Assembly: GCA_029561455.1 (NCBI GenBank) | Contig: JAKQIY010000006.1 | Location: forward strand, 142,860-206,859 | Direction of reading: 5' to 3' | Length of the DNA: 64,000 nt | From: a bacterium | Lineage (GTDB): Bacteria; Zhuqueibacterota; Zhuqueibacteria; Residuimicrobiales; Krinioviventaceae | Part shown: positions 29,836 to 39,666 of the stretch, piece after piece | Layout: each line of letters starts with the position of its first letter | How positions within the stretch are numbered: the stretch's first letter is position 1 | The notes under the pieces: model-generated | What the model was told of the DNA's origin: nothing | The model's database searches: none | Seen by the model: only the letters and a program-made list of their open reading frames with translations | Program-made: the position numbers and the translations under genes

Positions 29836-30996
29836 TTAATGATCCGGCCCGGAAATAAATATATCGACACGCCGGTTTTTAATTCTTCCTTCCGCACTAT
29901 TATTTTCGGTCAGCGGGGCATAACAGGACTGCCCGGCTGAAAGCAAATTTCGACCATCATAACCCGAAACCGCCTGTAGCACTTTAACAACCCGGGCCGA
30001 TCTTAATGCCGACAGTTCCCAGTTACTGAATTTGTTTTTCTCCAGTTCATTAGAAAATGGAACTGCATCGGTATGTCCAACTACCATTAACTGAAAATCA
30101 CTATTTTTTGGTTTTTTCAATACTTGTGCTAAACGAAACAAGGCTTCTTCACCCCTGAGACGTAAATAGTCGCTTCCGGAAATAAATGCACTTTTCCCCG
30201 CCAAAGTATAACATAATTTATTGCCATGCCAGGATAACAACACATCGCCATTAATAATATCAATATGCAATGCGGTTTGTAATTCTTCATACAACGATTG
30301 CAATGCTGCGGATATATGTCCCTCCGGCGGGTTTGTTCCCGGAACAACTAGAGTATGATAATCAAATTCCTCTTTCCCCTGTAACGATTGCGTCAACTCC
30401 ACTAATTGTATATCCCTGGCTTTCAGTTCTGCACGTAAATTCGTTATCACCTGGTTATCCTGCGTCACCTGTTCTTCCAACTCTACTACTTTATCCTGTA
30501 GTAATTTAAAATTATCTGCAATCTGTTCCTGGGCTTGGTTTTCTGTAATATTACTAAAGGTTCCTGCCGCTATTGAACTTGTTTCCTTTGCATCAGCCGG
30601 TTTTAAAAAACCGGCGCGGATATAAACCCTGCCGGTTTGGTTTTTTCCTGTGGCCTTTAGATTAATAAATCCCTGATGTTCAATTTTTTGACCCTCAGGA
30701 ATGATAATAAATACTGTCAGCTTTTTTTTCTGACCGGCGCTTATTTCAACCCGTTTTGGGGATACCTCGAGCCAGGTAGTATCATAATCTGTTTCCACCC
30801 TGAGACCGGCTTTACCACTGTTGGTAACCTCCACCTCGCGTATCTCCAACCCACCCTCCGGCATAATAACTTCAATTTGTAAGGGCTCTATGAGTAATGC
30901 CGGTTCACAATAACTGTTAACAGCGCTAATTAACAGTATTAACGCCAGAATTATAAATATAGTATTTTTCACTTTTTCCTGCTCTGCAAATATCAA
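29836..30996 (-). CDS. OmpA/MotB-family protein with an OmpA-like C-terminal peptidoglycan-binding domain.
   Basis: The C-terminus reads VVGHTDAVPFS...SNWELSALRSARVVKVL...GQSCYAPLTENNSAEGRIKNRRVDIFI, a canonical OmpA_C-like block. There is an N-terminal signal or TM segment and a central coiled-coil. Confidence 0.7.
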   Translation of the reverse strand: MIFAEQEKVKNTIFIILALILLISAVNSYCEPALLIEPLQIEVIMPEGGLEIREVEVTNSGKAGLRVETDYDTTWLEVSPKRVEISAGQKKKLTVFIIIPEGQKIEHQGFINLKATGKNQTGRVYIRAGFLKPADAKETSSIAAGTFSNITENQAQEQIADNFKLLQDKVVELEEQVTQDNQVITNLRAELKARDIQLVELTQSLQGKEEFDYHTLVVPGTNPPEGHISAALQSLYEELQTALHIDIINGDVLLSWHGNKLCYTLAGKSAFISGSDYLRLRGEEALFRLAQVLKKPKNSDFQLMVVGHTDAVPFSNELEKNKFSNWELSALRSARVVKVLQAVSGYDGRNLLSAGQSCYAPLTENNSAEGRIKNRRVDIFISGPDH

Positions 30997-31111
30997 CTCG
31001 CGCTAGTCTAACTGATTTTTAATACCTCCCTTCCTCAGTCACACCACCAGGTCACCTGGCTCGTCTCCAGCAATTAAAATTTACTTTATGCTTTTAAATG
31101 TAACCAACCGA

Positions 31112-32416
31112 TTAATTGTTTTGGTTAACTATTGAAATATTATAATCGCCATACTGATTAATTGTCGATTGATGTAAATCACCGGTCTGGGTGGTAATAG
31201 CGCCGTTATAATCACCAATGTGGTAATTGGTTGCCTTGTTAAAATCACCGGTCTGTATGATAGTAATAGGATCCGGGTTACTATCGGAACCGCCAATGTC
31301 GAGCGTACCATTGTTATTATGCTCACCGAGCGTCAAATTAAATGCCTTGTTATTGTTGCCTGTTTGCAAAGTGAGGTGTTTGTTCTCATAATTATAACCA
31401 CCACCTACCCGTGATTCCGAATAATTGGAATTGCCGGTTTGTTCCACAACGGATGAATTGTTGCCACCCCAAAAATATAGTTTGGATACATTATCATCAC
31501 CAATTTGCTGAACAAAGCCATAATTGGCATCATCATATCGCTGGTCAAAACGGGCGTCGTTACGGTTGCCGGTTTGAATGATCTTGCCTTCGTTATCATC
31601 ACTGTCGCCATCCAGCCCTTGCTGCAGAATATTGGTGTTATCGCTACCGGTTTGTACTGATGCAGCCAGGTTGTTACTTTGGGCCTGGGAGATGGTTGAT
31701 TTATTTCTACCGGCTGTACCGGTCGCCAGGGGCGCGATGCTTTGTGAAGCGGTGTTATTATCTCCAATCTGGCTGATTAACCCTTTATTGTTGTGATCCA
31801 GAAAAGTGAACCCGGATGCGTTCATTGTCTGGGTCGATTTATTCATACTACCGTTTTGCAGAGATTCAAAATAGTTACCACTACCGGCCGGAATGCCGCC
31901 CACACCGAGGTTCTGAAAAGCATCGTTAGCTGTGCCGGTTTGAGAAATTTTTACTTCACTACCACCGGCGTGTACGCGGGTACTAGCAATATTAAGAGCT
32001 CCCTGCTGAAACACATTCGAGGTATTGCTGTTACGCTCATGGCGTACAGTAGCCTGGTTTTCAGTGCCTTCCTGTATAACCGTAGAGTTGTGATTGTCGT
32101 GATGCATCATATAAACATCTGCATCATTACCATCACCTGTCTGGTTTACCTGGGCATGCATACCACCCCAGGGACTGGAAACCTGTTCAACCTTGGTTTC
32201 ATTTGCATTGCCGGACTGGGTTATGTCAACCGAATTATAATTGGAATTTGCCGGGACGTCTTTGGATTGAATGACAGACACCTGGTTTCCGGAACCAGCC
32301 TGATCAACAGTTGCGGCATTATTTGCCCCGGTCTGATCCAGAGATGTATTGTTCCCGGCCGCCAGGGTTAGCGTAATCATTAAAAACAGACAAACGGGTA
32401 TAAAAAGACCTTTCAT
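31112..32416 (-). CDS. Curlin-repeat (CsgA/CsgB-like) secreted protein, 434 aa.
   Basis: A signal peptide is present. The body is N/Q/G/T-rich with degenerate repeats of the curlin type, Q.G..N.A...Q (VDQAGSGNQVSVIQ, ITQSGNANETKVEQ, VNQTGDGNDADV, ISQTGTANDAFQ, IIQTGNRNDARFDQ, VEQTGNSNYSE, IIQTGDFNKATNY). It lies in the same operon as csgEFG. Confidence 0.65.
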   Translation of the reverse strand: MKGLFIPVCLFLMITLTLAAGNNTSLDQTGANNAATVDQAGSGNQVSVIQSKDVPANSNYNSVDITQSGNANETKVEQVSSPWGGMHAQVNQTGDGNDADVYMMHHDNHNSTVIQEGTENQATVRHERNSNTSNVFQQGALNIASTRVHAGGSEVKISQTGTANDAFQNLGVGGIPAGSGNYFESLQNGSMNKSTQTMNASGFTFLDHNNKGLISQIGDNNTASQSIAPLATGTAGRNKSTISQAQSNNLAASVQTGSDNTNILQQGLDGDSDDNEGKIIQTGNRNDARFDQRYDDANYGFVQQIGDDNVSKLYFWGGNNSSVVEQTGNSNYSESRVGGGYNYENKHLTLQTGNNNKAFNLTLGEHNNNGTLDIGGSDSNPDPITIIQTGDFNKATNYHIGDYNGAITTQTGDLHQSTINQYGDYNISIVNQNN

Positions 32417-32450
32417 TATTTAACTCCTTGAAAAATTATAATATCAGTCC

Positions 32451-33395
32451 TTAATTTGTGCGTGTTACCTTGACAATACTGCCGTTACCGGTTTGGGTGA
32501 TAATTCCACCTAACCCGCTGCCAAAAACATTCAATTCGCCATAATGGTTGGCGCCATACTGGTTTATTTGTAACCGGTCGGCGTCTCCATCCTGGTTAAT
32601 ATCGCTTTTACCGTTATTTAATCCGATAGAGGTAATATAGGCTGTATTATTTCCTCCGTTTTCCTGGGATATTTTAGCATTGCTGCCGGTATCGCTATTA
32701 CTATTTAATGGATTGACCAGGTTTATCGCTGCCGTATTATTGCTGATCATTCCCTCACGACCCTGTTCGATGGTGGCGGAATGATTATCGCCAACCAACA
32801 AAATACTTACCGGCTGGGTATTGCTACCATTATAACTGCCATTGCTGATAATTGTGGCTTTATCTTCCTGCGAACGGCTTTGGTTACCGGCAATCAAGAT
32901 CAGAGAATTATTATGGTTGCCATCCTGACTGATTGTAGCTTCACCCCGATTCGATGGCCAGAGAATTTTTTCCTCGGCATTATTATAATTACCGGCCTGG
33001 GAAATAATTGCCGAGGAGGCATCGGCCGTTGTTACCTGGGAAGCCAGGTTCCAGTTCCCGGTTTGGGTAATTTTTTGCATGCCCAAATTGTTGCCGGCAA
33101 GATGGTTTTGGCTTGCTTCATTCCTGTAACCCTTTTGTGTGATCTGCTGTTTGTAGGCATTATAAACATCAAATGAAGAATTTAACTGAAATGCTTCATT
33201 GCGGGAACCGTTCTGTTCAATAAGCGATACCGAATTGCTGACTTTTTGAATAACATTAACAGCATTCTCAAATCCGATTTGCTCGATCATCACCTGGTTA
33301 TTATTACCGATCTGATCAATTGTGGCGGTTTGCTGAGCATTCCCGGGTGGACAAAAAAACAAGATCAGGATCGCAGGATAGCATAATTTCTTCAT
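32451..33395 (-). CDS. Curlin-repeat (CsgA/CsgB-like) secreted protein, 314 aa.
   Basis: Clear curlin repeats are present: ATIDQIGNNNQVMIEQIGFENAVNVIQ; IEQNGSRNEAFQ; ITQKGYRNEASQ; ITQTGNWNLASQ; ISQAGNYNNAE; ISQDGNHNNS; INQDGDADRLQINQYGANH. A signal peptide is present. Confidence 0.75.
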   Translation of the reverse strand: MKKLCYPAILILFFCPPGNAQQTATIDQIGNNNQVMIEQIGFENAVNVIQKVSNSVSLIEQNGSRNEAFQLNSSFDVYNAYKQQITQKGYRNEASQNHLAGNNLGMQKITQTGNWNLASQVTTADASSAIISQAGNYNNAEEKILWPSNRGEATISQDGNHNNSLILIAGNQSRSQEDKATIISNGSYNGSNTQPVSILLVGDNHSATIEQGREGMISNNTAAINLVNPLNSNSDTGSNAKISQENGGNNTAYITSIGLNNGKSDINQDGDADRLQINQYGANHYGELNVFGSGLGGIITQTGNGSIVKVTRTN

Positions 33396-33561
33396 TTCAT
33401 CCTCGAAATATTTACCAGCTTTTTAATTCATAATTGTTTTTATTGACTCAGTCAATGTAATTAGCATATTATTATGATAATGTGATTTTTGGTTTATTTA
33501 AACACGGCAGCAACACAAGCTGCCGTGTTCACTATTTGTGCCTTATATCTGCTTGTCGATT

Positions 33562-34587
33562 CTATGGATTCTGTGTTACGATTGCCTGATTGTTATTACC
33601 GGTTTGGGTAATTGTTCCGGTATGACCTGTACCAGTGGACAGAATTGAGGCAATATTGTTATCGCCGATTTGGGATATAGAACCCTTGTTCAAATCGCCG
33701 GTCTGGCTGATATCGGCAATATTATTGTTGCCGCCAATAAACTCGGTAGCATCGTTTTTATACCCATCCTGGGCAATTGTAGCGGTATTAAAATCACCAT
33801 AATATGTCGATGGCAAGTGCTGAAATGCTTTATTCGAACCGGTTCCGTATTGTTCCACTTTAGCCAGGTTATTATCACCGTTTATCCATTGTGTCACATT
33901 ATTACTGTTACTGGATGATAGCGCTGTGCCCTGAACAATAATAGTCTCATTAAAGGAACCAACTACCGCGGTGCTCGCTTTATTGGCCGTACCAAATTGT
34001 TCCATTGAACCTTCATTTTCGGAGCCTCTTTGGTTTAACCCTGCGGTATTGTTTGACCCTTCCTGATCTATATAAGCGCTATTCAGATAACCGCCATACT
34101 GTACCAGTTCGGTTACCTGGTTATTGTCGCCATTGATTTGGTTGATAATTGCGGAATGCCCTTCGCCATTTTGCTTGACAGCCGGGTTATAGGCATAGAC
34201 AAAATCGCCAACCTTATTATTATTACCAACCTGCGTAATAACTGTTGAATTGGCATTACCATTTTGCTGAACCGCTTCGGTTACACCGGTGGCGGTACGA
34301 AACTGGCTGACTTTATTTCCCGTGCCGTTTTGCTGAATATCGACCATATTTGCCGAACCAACCTGATTCACACCCAGGGCTGCCGGTTCGGAAGGAGTGC
34401 CGACGATATTGCCATCTCCGCCGCCCTGGTCGATCGCCGATATATTATCAGTTCCGCTTTGATTGACTTTAGCATAATTTGAACCAGATGCCTGATTTAC
34501 TGTTGAGCTATTTCCGGCAGCTAAAACAAAACTGGCCAGGACCATTACAAGTAATATAATAAATCTTGTTTTCATCATCATCCTCAC
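33562..34587 (-). CDS. Curlin-repeat (CsgA/CsgB-like) secreted protein, 341 aa.
   Basis: A signal peptide is present. The repeats include VNQASGSNYAKVNQSGTDNISAIDQ, VNQVGSANMVDIQQNGTGNKVSQ, VQQNGNANSTVITQVGNNNKV, IDQEGSNNTAGLNQRGSENEGSMEQFGTANKA, ISQTGDLNKGSISQIGDNNIASI and ITQTGNNNQAIVTQNP. Confidence 0.7.
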   Translation of the reverse strand: MRMMMKTRFIILLVMVLASFVLAAGNSSTVNQASGSNYAKVNQSGTDNISAIDQGGGDGNIVGTPSEPAALGVNQVGSANMVDIQQNGTGNKVSQFRTATGVTEAVQQNGNANSTVITQVGNNNKVGDFVYAYNPAVKQNGEGHSAIINQINGDNNQVTELVQYGGYLNSAYIDQEGSNNTAGLNQRGSENEGSMEQFGTANKASTAVVGSFNETIIVQGTALSSSNSNNVTQWINGDNNLAKVEQYGTGSNKAFQHLPSTYYGDFNTATIAQDGYKNDATEFIGGNNNIADISQTGDLNKGSISQIGDNNIASILSTGTGHTGTITQTGNNNQAIVTQNP

Positions 34588-34662
34588 TTGAACATTCTTC
34601 CAAAAGTATCAATTTAATTCAAATTTAACGAGCGGGAACCTCCATGTTCCCGCTTGCCATTA

Positions 34663-36522
34663 TTATGGCTGTTGAATGATTTGACTGAAATTGTTGACAC
34701 CGTTAACCATAATAGTGCCCGACTGGCCAATACCGGTTTGCTGAATTGCCGCAATATTAGTATCGCTGGAACCTAGCAGATCAATATCCGCAATGTGATT
34801 ATCGCCGGCCTGGCTTGTGGCAATGACGTTTCCTGAACCACTTACATTAATAAATGAATCATTGCTTTCACCATGCTGACCCTGAATCGAAGCGTTATCA
34901 TTACCAACAATTCCCAAAGTCGCTTCATTGGCGCCGCTGGTACTCCATACGGTGTATTGTTGCGCCTGGGTGGTTTTATTGCCATCGCCGGCAACATCTA
35001 TTACAGCTTTGCTGTAACGTCCATCCTGGAACTGAGAATAAACTCCATTGGTAACATCGGCCGCCTGAGGGCCAGTCCAGGAAAGTGCAAGCGGACTGGC
35101 AAGACCGGTAGCGGCAACATCAACAGATGCTGCCCCGGTATTATTATTACCGACATGTTTGACATTAATTTCCGAAGCCATGCCGCCTTTGCTTAACTGA
35201 TTGGCATTATTAAGATTACCTTCCTGGAAGACCAGCATTTTCTGAATACCATAGCTGCCAAAACTGGCTAATGTTTTTTGATCGGCAACGTTCTCATTGC
35301 CAATCTGCTTGATCTCAATGGCCATATAGCCTTTGTTTGCATTGGTGCGATGATAGGTAGAATTCAATTCCTGAGAGCCCTGGTTCAAATCGCCGGTTTG
35401 GAAAATTCCGGCTTCCCCGTTATTGCTGTTCATATCTATCAAAGCATCATTAGTATTGCCGGTTTGTACAACATAAGCTCCTTCCTTCCAGTCCGAAGCA
35501 TAACCCGGTTGATAATAGTTATTAACGGGAGCGCCGGATGCGCCTTGTGCAACGACTGCTTTATTACCGTTACCGCCATTCTGATCCACATCGGCATAGT
35601 TACGGCCATATTGCTGCACAGAAGCATTATGACTGTTACCTACCTGATCTACGGTGGCGATATTCTGGTTGCCAATCTGGTCAACATCAGCAAAATCACT
35701 GTTCCCGGTCATTGTAGTTGTTGCCAGGTTCATATCACCCAGTTGATAAGTATTGGCGATATTATCTGCTCCGGCGCTGATTTGTGATGCATTGTTCAGA
35801 TTACCATCCTGTAGTATATCCCCTTTCTGGTTATGGCCCAGGCCACTGCCGGAAAAGGTTTGACCAGCGGTATTATCATCGCCAAACTGATCAATATTTA
35901 TACCGCCGCTGTATCCATGATTGCTGCCGGTTATATTCTGGGTAGCGGCGTTACGGTCGCCAACAGTATAAATATACCCATGACTGTGGTTTGCCGACAT
36001 GGTTTGCGTGGCAGTATTATCATCGCCGATCTGGTCAACCTCAAAAGAATTGGTATAACCGGCAGAAATTGTTTGTGTGGACAAATTGCCGGCGCCTTGT
36101 TGATAAGCATTTACGGTCTGACCACTGTTGTATCCCGGAGCATAGGTGCTTTGTATTGCGGTATTGGTGGTTCCATCCTGTTCAATCGTCGCCCGGTTAG
36201 TGGAGTGACCACCGCCGCCGGTTTCAGTTTGATCGACATCAGCTACATTGCCTGTGCCGGTTTGTTTGACGTTGGCAATTTGCTGCCCGACCGGGGTATT
36301 TGATGCTGTTTCTACCTGGTCGACTGTAGCCGTATTAGCGCCATCCTGTTGCACGGTTATCTGGCCATTATCACCGGTTTGGTTGGTTGTGGTTACATTA
36401 GAACCGACCTGTGTTACATTAGTAGTATTATTATTGCCGTTCTGATTGTTGGTGTTGGTATTGGCGGCGTAGCTAAAGCCGACGAACGATAAACAAATTA
36501 TTAGAATAATAAATTTTTTCAT
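34663..36522 (-). CDS. Giant curlin-repeat protein, 619 aa.
   Basis: A signal peptide is followed by dozens of curlin-type units (VTQVGSNVTTTNQTGDNGQITVQQDGANTATVDQ; VDQIGDDNTATQ; IDQFGDDNTAGQ; VDQIGNQNIATVDQVGNSHNASVQQYGRNYADVDQNGGNGNKA; IFQTGDLNQGSQ; IKQIGNENVADQ). E. coli CsgA is 151 aa. Confidence 0.7.
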   Translation of the reverse strand: MKKFIILIICLSFVGFSYAANTNTNNQNGNNNTTNVTQVGSNVTTTNQTGDNGQITVQQDGANTATVDQVETASNTPVGQQIANVKQTGTGNVADVDQTETGGGGHSTNRATIEQDGTTNTAIQSTYAPGYNSGQTVNAYQQGAGNLSTQTISAGYTNSFEVDQIGDDNTATQTMSANHSHGYIYTVGDRNAATQNITGSNHGYSGGINIDQFGDDNTAGQTFSGSGLGHNQKGDILQDGNLNNASQISAGADNIANTYQLGDMNLATTTMTGNSDFADVDQIGNQNIATVDQVGNSHNASVQQYGRNYADVDQNGGNGNKAVVAQGASGAPVNNYYQPGYASDWKEGAYVVQTGNTNDALIDMNSNNGEAGIFQTGDLNQGSQELNSTYHRTNANKGYMAIEIKQIGNENVADQKTLASFGSYGIQKMLVFQEGNLNNANQLSKGGMASEINVKHVGNNNTGAASVDVAATGLASPLALSWTGPQAADVTNGVYSQFQDGRYSKAVIDVAGDGNKTTQAQQYTVWSTSGANEATLGIVGNDNASIQGQHGESNDSFINVSGSGNVIATSQAGDNHIADIDLLGSSDTNIAAIQQTGIGQSGTIMVNGVNNFSQIIQQP

Positions 36523-36623
36523 TTCTTTTCCCTCTTTCTTCCAATTTTAAATTACCATCCATGGCATCATTTATCTTTCTCGAATCCTGAAAAAGGTTGT
36601 ATAAAACATCAAACCGGGTTTAT

Positions 36624-37499
36624 TTAATTCGTTTGTTTAATAACCGCATTATTATTATTGCCGGTTTGTGTTGTCGACGCATTATGGGCATTGCCATACT
36701 GAAATGATTGTGCCGTATTCCAGTCGCCGGTTTGAGTTATTATTGAATAATTATTTTCCGATCCGGGCGTAGTTGCCGATTTATCCATATATTCCTCTGC
36801 AGTATTATTATTTCCGGATTGCACTACAAAACCCTGGTTACCACCGGTATGGCTCCAACCCCATTGTCCGCCAGCCATAATTTGATTGGAATAATTTTCA
36901 ATGCCAGTTTGGGTAGCGCTCAAGCTGGAATGGTCATTCACAGTTCCGCTTCCCAAAACCTGCCACGCTTCATTACCCATGCCGTTATCGCCGCCGCCGC
37001 CATTACCACTTTGAATTATGGTCGCGCCAAGCACGCTGCCATTGATGTGCTGGTTAGCGTAATGGTCGTCGCCGGTTTGGGTAATAGTACCGGTCGATTG
37101 ATTACGTAATTGGTTAATATAAGCTTCATTAAACGAACCGGTTTGGCCTACATTCGCCAGAGCATAATCATTCACATTTTGATTGATATCTGAAATATTC
37201 ATATCACCAAGTTGATTGACTACTGCCTGGGAAGGAGTGCTGCCGCCATAAGCCCCACGATATTGATCTACATCGGACCAGTTATTATTCCCGGTCTGCT
37301 GCACCGTGGCGGTAATGCCGGAAGAATAATACGTATAATCCGTTTTGGTCTGATCAACCGTACTGGTATTACTGGAACCAGTTTGTGTAGTAGTAGCTTG
37401 ATGGTTTTTGCCGGTTTGATTGATGCTCGATGAATTGCTGGCAGCAAGGACAAAACCGGCGAAAACAAGAACAAACAATAAAAGTATTAACTTTTTCAT
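36624..37499 (-). CDS. Curlin-repeat (CsgA/CsgB-like) secreted protein, 291 aa.
   Basis: A signal peptide is present. Repeats include INQTGKNHQATTTQTGSSNTSTVDQ, VQQTGNNNWSDVDQ, VNQLGDMNISDINQ, INQL...ITQTGDDHYANQ, VVQSGNNNTAEE, ITQTGDWNTAQSFQYGNAHNASTTQTGNNNNAVIKQTN. Confidence 0.65.
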   Translation of the reverse strand: MKKLILLLFVLVFAGFVLAASNSSSINQTGKNHQATTTQTGSSNTSTVDQTKTDYTYYSSGITATVQQTGNNNWSDVDQYRGAYGGSTPSQAVVNQLGDMNISDINQNVNDYALANVGQTGSFNEAYINQLRNQSTGTITQTGDDHYANQHINGSVLGATIIQSGNGGGGDNGMGNEAWQVLGSGTVNDHSSLSATQTGIENYSNQIMAGGQWGWSHTGGNQGFVVQSGNNNTAEEYMDKSATTPGSENNYSIITQTGDWNTAQSFQYGNAHNASTTQTGNNNNAVIKQTN

Positions 37500-37689
37500 A
37501 ATGACTACCTCTGTACTTTTACTCTTACCCGGTTTAAAGAATTATTGGTTTTGAATCACAATCGTAATATTAGTGATTCCGGTTTGAATAGCATTACCGG
37601 AATTATTGGTTGTAAATTCAAACCCGGTAAGATAAAATTGATACATAAAAATTTTCATTATTACACTATCCTGTAGAATTATTAAATAA

Positions 37690-38610
37690 TTATGGATAGG
37701 TTTGGTTAACTGTGGCGTTGTTGCCGGTGCCATTCTGCATAACAGTGGCTTTATTAACAAAGTCGCCATAATCGCCAAATAAACCGGTGCCGCCGTTTTG
37801 CACGACAGAAGCTGTATTGGAATCGCCAAGTTGATCAACATCGGACTTGTTAACATTCAGATTTTGGGTTACAGAGGCAGTGTTGTAATTACCGGCCTGG
37901 TAAATACCAAAATCATGATTACTGAACAGTCCTTTGCCGGTTTTATTATCATCGCCGGTTTGAGTTACTTCAGCATAGTTTCCTTGTGCGTTTTTGGCCC
38001 CGCCAGTACCATATTGTACTATGGTAGCAGTATTCCATCTTCCAGTTTGGGTTTCAATAGCCGTATTGCCAACTACCCAGCCGCCGCCGCCCTGTTCATC
38101 GACAACCGCAATATTTGCAGTTCCATCCTGAACTTGCCGTACATACCCGTTAAAACCGGTTTGATAAGAATTAGCTTCATTAGAGTTACCAATTTGATCC
38201 TGGTCAACTGTAGAGGAAACAGTGTGCTGCCAGGCAGTCACTTTATTGGTATTTCCTTCCTGGTATTGAGTGCCGGTGTTGCCACCGTTGCCGCCATCAG
38301 CTAATTGCCATAAAGTGGCCTGGTTATTGTTGCCATGTTGTTCCTGGGCGCCGGTCTCGCCAACAACTGTTGACCCAGCCGGCCAGCCGCCTTTTTGATC
38401 CAGATCGGCCACGTTGCCGGATCCATCCTGAATTTGGGTTGCAGTGCTGGTATTGGCTATTTGTTCAATAGTAGCCGCATTGCTTGAACCGGTCTGTGAA
38501 GCAGAGGCGGTGTTGCCCGAACCGGTTGTCGATATTGTTGCAGAATTGCTGGCCGCAAATACAAATCCGGCCATTGCTAAACAGAGTATAAAGGTAAACA
38601 GGGTTTTCAT
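37690..38610 (-). CDS. Curlin-repeat (CsgA/CsgB-like) secreted protein, 306 aa.
   Basis: A signal peptide is present. Repeats include ASQTGSSNAATIEQ, IQDGSGNVADLDQ, QEQHGNNNQATLWQ, VDQDQIGNSNEANSYQTGFNG, IVQYGTG...VTQTGDDNK, VDQLGDSNTASVVQNG. It is a close paralog of the next gene, with the same N- and C-termini (...ATVMQNGTGNNATVNQTYP). Confidence 0.7.
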   Translation of the reverse strand: MKTLFTFILCLAMAGFVFAASNSATISTTGSGNTASASQTGSSNAATIEQIANTSTATQIQDGSGNVADLDQKGGWPAGSTVVGETGAQEQHGNNNQATLWQLADGGNGGNTGTQYQEGNTNKVTAWQHTVSSTVDQDQIGNSNEANSYQTGFNGYVRQVQDGTANIAVVDEQGGGGWVVGNTAIETQTGRWNTATIVQYGTGGAKNAQGNYAEVTQTGDDNKTGKGLFSNHDFGIYQAGNYNTASVTQNLNVNKSDVDQLGDSNTASVVQNGGTGLFGDYGDFVNKATVMQNGTGNNATVNQTYP

Positions 38611-38642
38611 GATAAACCTCTCTTTTTGTTTAATTTATGTTT

Positions 38643-39545
38643 TTATGGATAGGTCTGGTTTACATTGGCAGAATTGCCATTGCCGTTTTGCATAACTGTG
38701 GCGCTGTTTACAAATGCGCTGAATGCGCCGGTATCGCCGGTTTGATTAATAACTGCATTGTTGGAATCGCCAATTTGATCGACATCGGAAAGGTTGGCAT
38801 TTAAATTCTGGTTAACAAAAGCAGTATTAAAATTTCCTTGCTGATAAATACCCCAGTCGTATTGATTATAATAGCCATCTCCGGTTTTATTGTTATCACC
38901 GGCTTGATTTATTTCCGCCGAGTTGCCTAAAGCAGTTTTTGCAGCGCCTGTTCCATACTGTACAATATTGGCTTTATTGTTTACACCGGTTTGTTTTTCA
39001 ATTGCGGAATTTCCATCGCCGCCGCCCTGTTCATCGACAAAGGCGCTGTTTCCAGTTCCAGTCTGATATTGTTGAACATAACCATTATAACCAACCTGGA
39101 AAGAATTAGCGACATTGGAATTACCAATCTGATCCTGATATGTTTTACTGCTGCCGGTATATTGCCAGGCAGTCGCTTTGTTGCTGTTACCCTCCTGGTA
39201 TTGCCGGGCGTCGTTGCCGCCTTCATTTTCGTTGGCTAATTGTAACAATGTGGCCTGGTTGCTATTGCCATGCTGTTCCTGGGCGCCGGTCTCCCCTACG
39301 ACTGTTGATCCGGCTGGCCAGCCGCCTTTTTGATCCAGATCGGCAACGTTGCCGGTCCCATCCTGTATCTGGTATGCCGAACTGGTGTTGGCAATTTGTT
39401 CAATACTGGCGCCATTGCCGGAGCCGGTTTGCGAGGCCGAAGCGCTGTTCGCGTTCCCGGTGGTCGATATAGTGGCGGTATTGCTGGCGGCATACATAAA
39501 TCCAGCCACTGCCAGACAGATGATAATAGTGAAGAATGTTTTCAT
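38643..39545 (-). CDS. Curlin-repeat (CsgA/CsgB-like) secreted protein, 300 aa. It is the first curlin subunit gene after csgG.
   Basis: It is a paralog of 37690-38610. The repeats include SASQTGSGNGASIEQ, QEQHGNSNQATLLQ, VDQIGDSNNAVINQTGD and ATVMQNGNGNSANVNQTYP. A signal peptide is present. Confidence 0.7.
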   Translation of the reverse strand: MKTFFTIIICLAVAGFMYAASNTATISTTGNANSASASQTGSGNGASIEQIANTSSAYQIQDGTGNVADLDQKGGWPAGSTVVGETGAQEQHGNSNQATLLQLANENEGGNDARQYQEGNSNKATAWQYTGSSKTYQDQIGNSNVANSFQVGYNGYVQQYQTGTGNSAFVDEQGGGDGNSAIEKQTGVNNKANIVQYGTGAAKTALGNSAEINQAGDNNKTGDGYYNQYDWGIYQQGNFNTAFVNQNLNANLSDVDQIGDSNNAVINQTGDTGAFSAFVNSATVMQNGNGNSANVNQTYP

Positions 39546-39666
39546 GGTACTACCCCTTTCTTAAAAATTTTACAGCGTTTTGGTTAAACTGTTGGTTATT
39601 ACTGTTAAAATGCTTACTCCCACAACCCTCCTTTCACGTGTTGATAATTACTAGTATTGTTGATTG

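Noticed and set aside
31112-39545. Alternative reading of the seven N/Q/G/T-rich proteins as generic low-complexity adhesins or ice-nucleation/beta-solenoid proteins.
   Set aside because: Their repeats follow the specific Q-x-G-x-N-x-A-x-Q curlin phasing, and they sit directly downstream of unmistakable csgE/F/G homologs. An HMM search is still needed to confirm.
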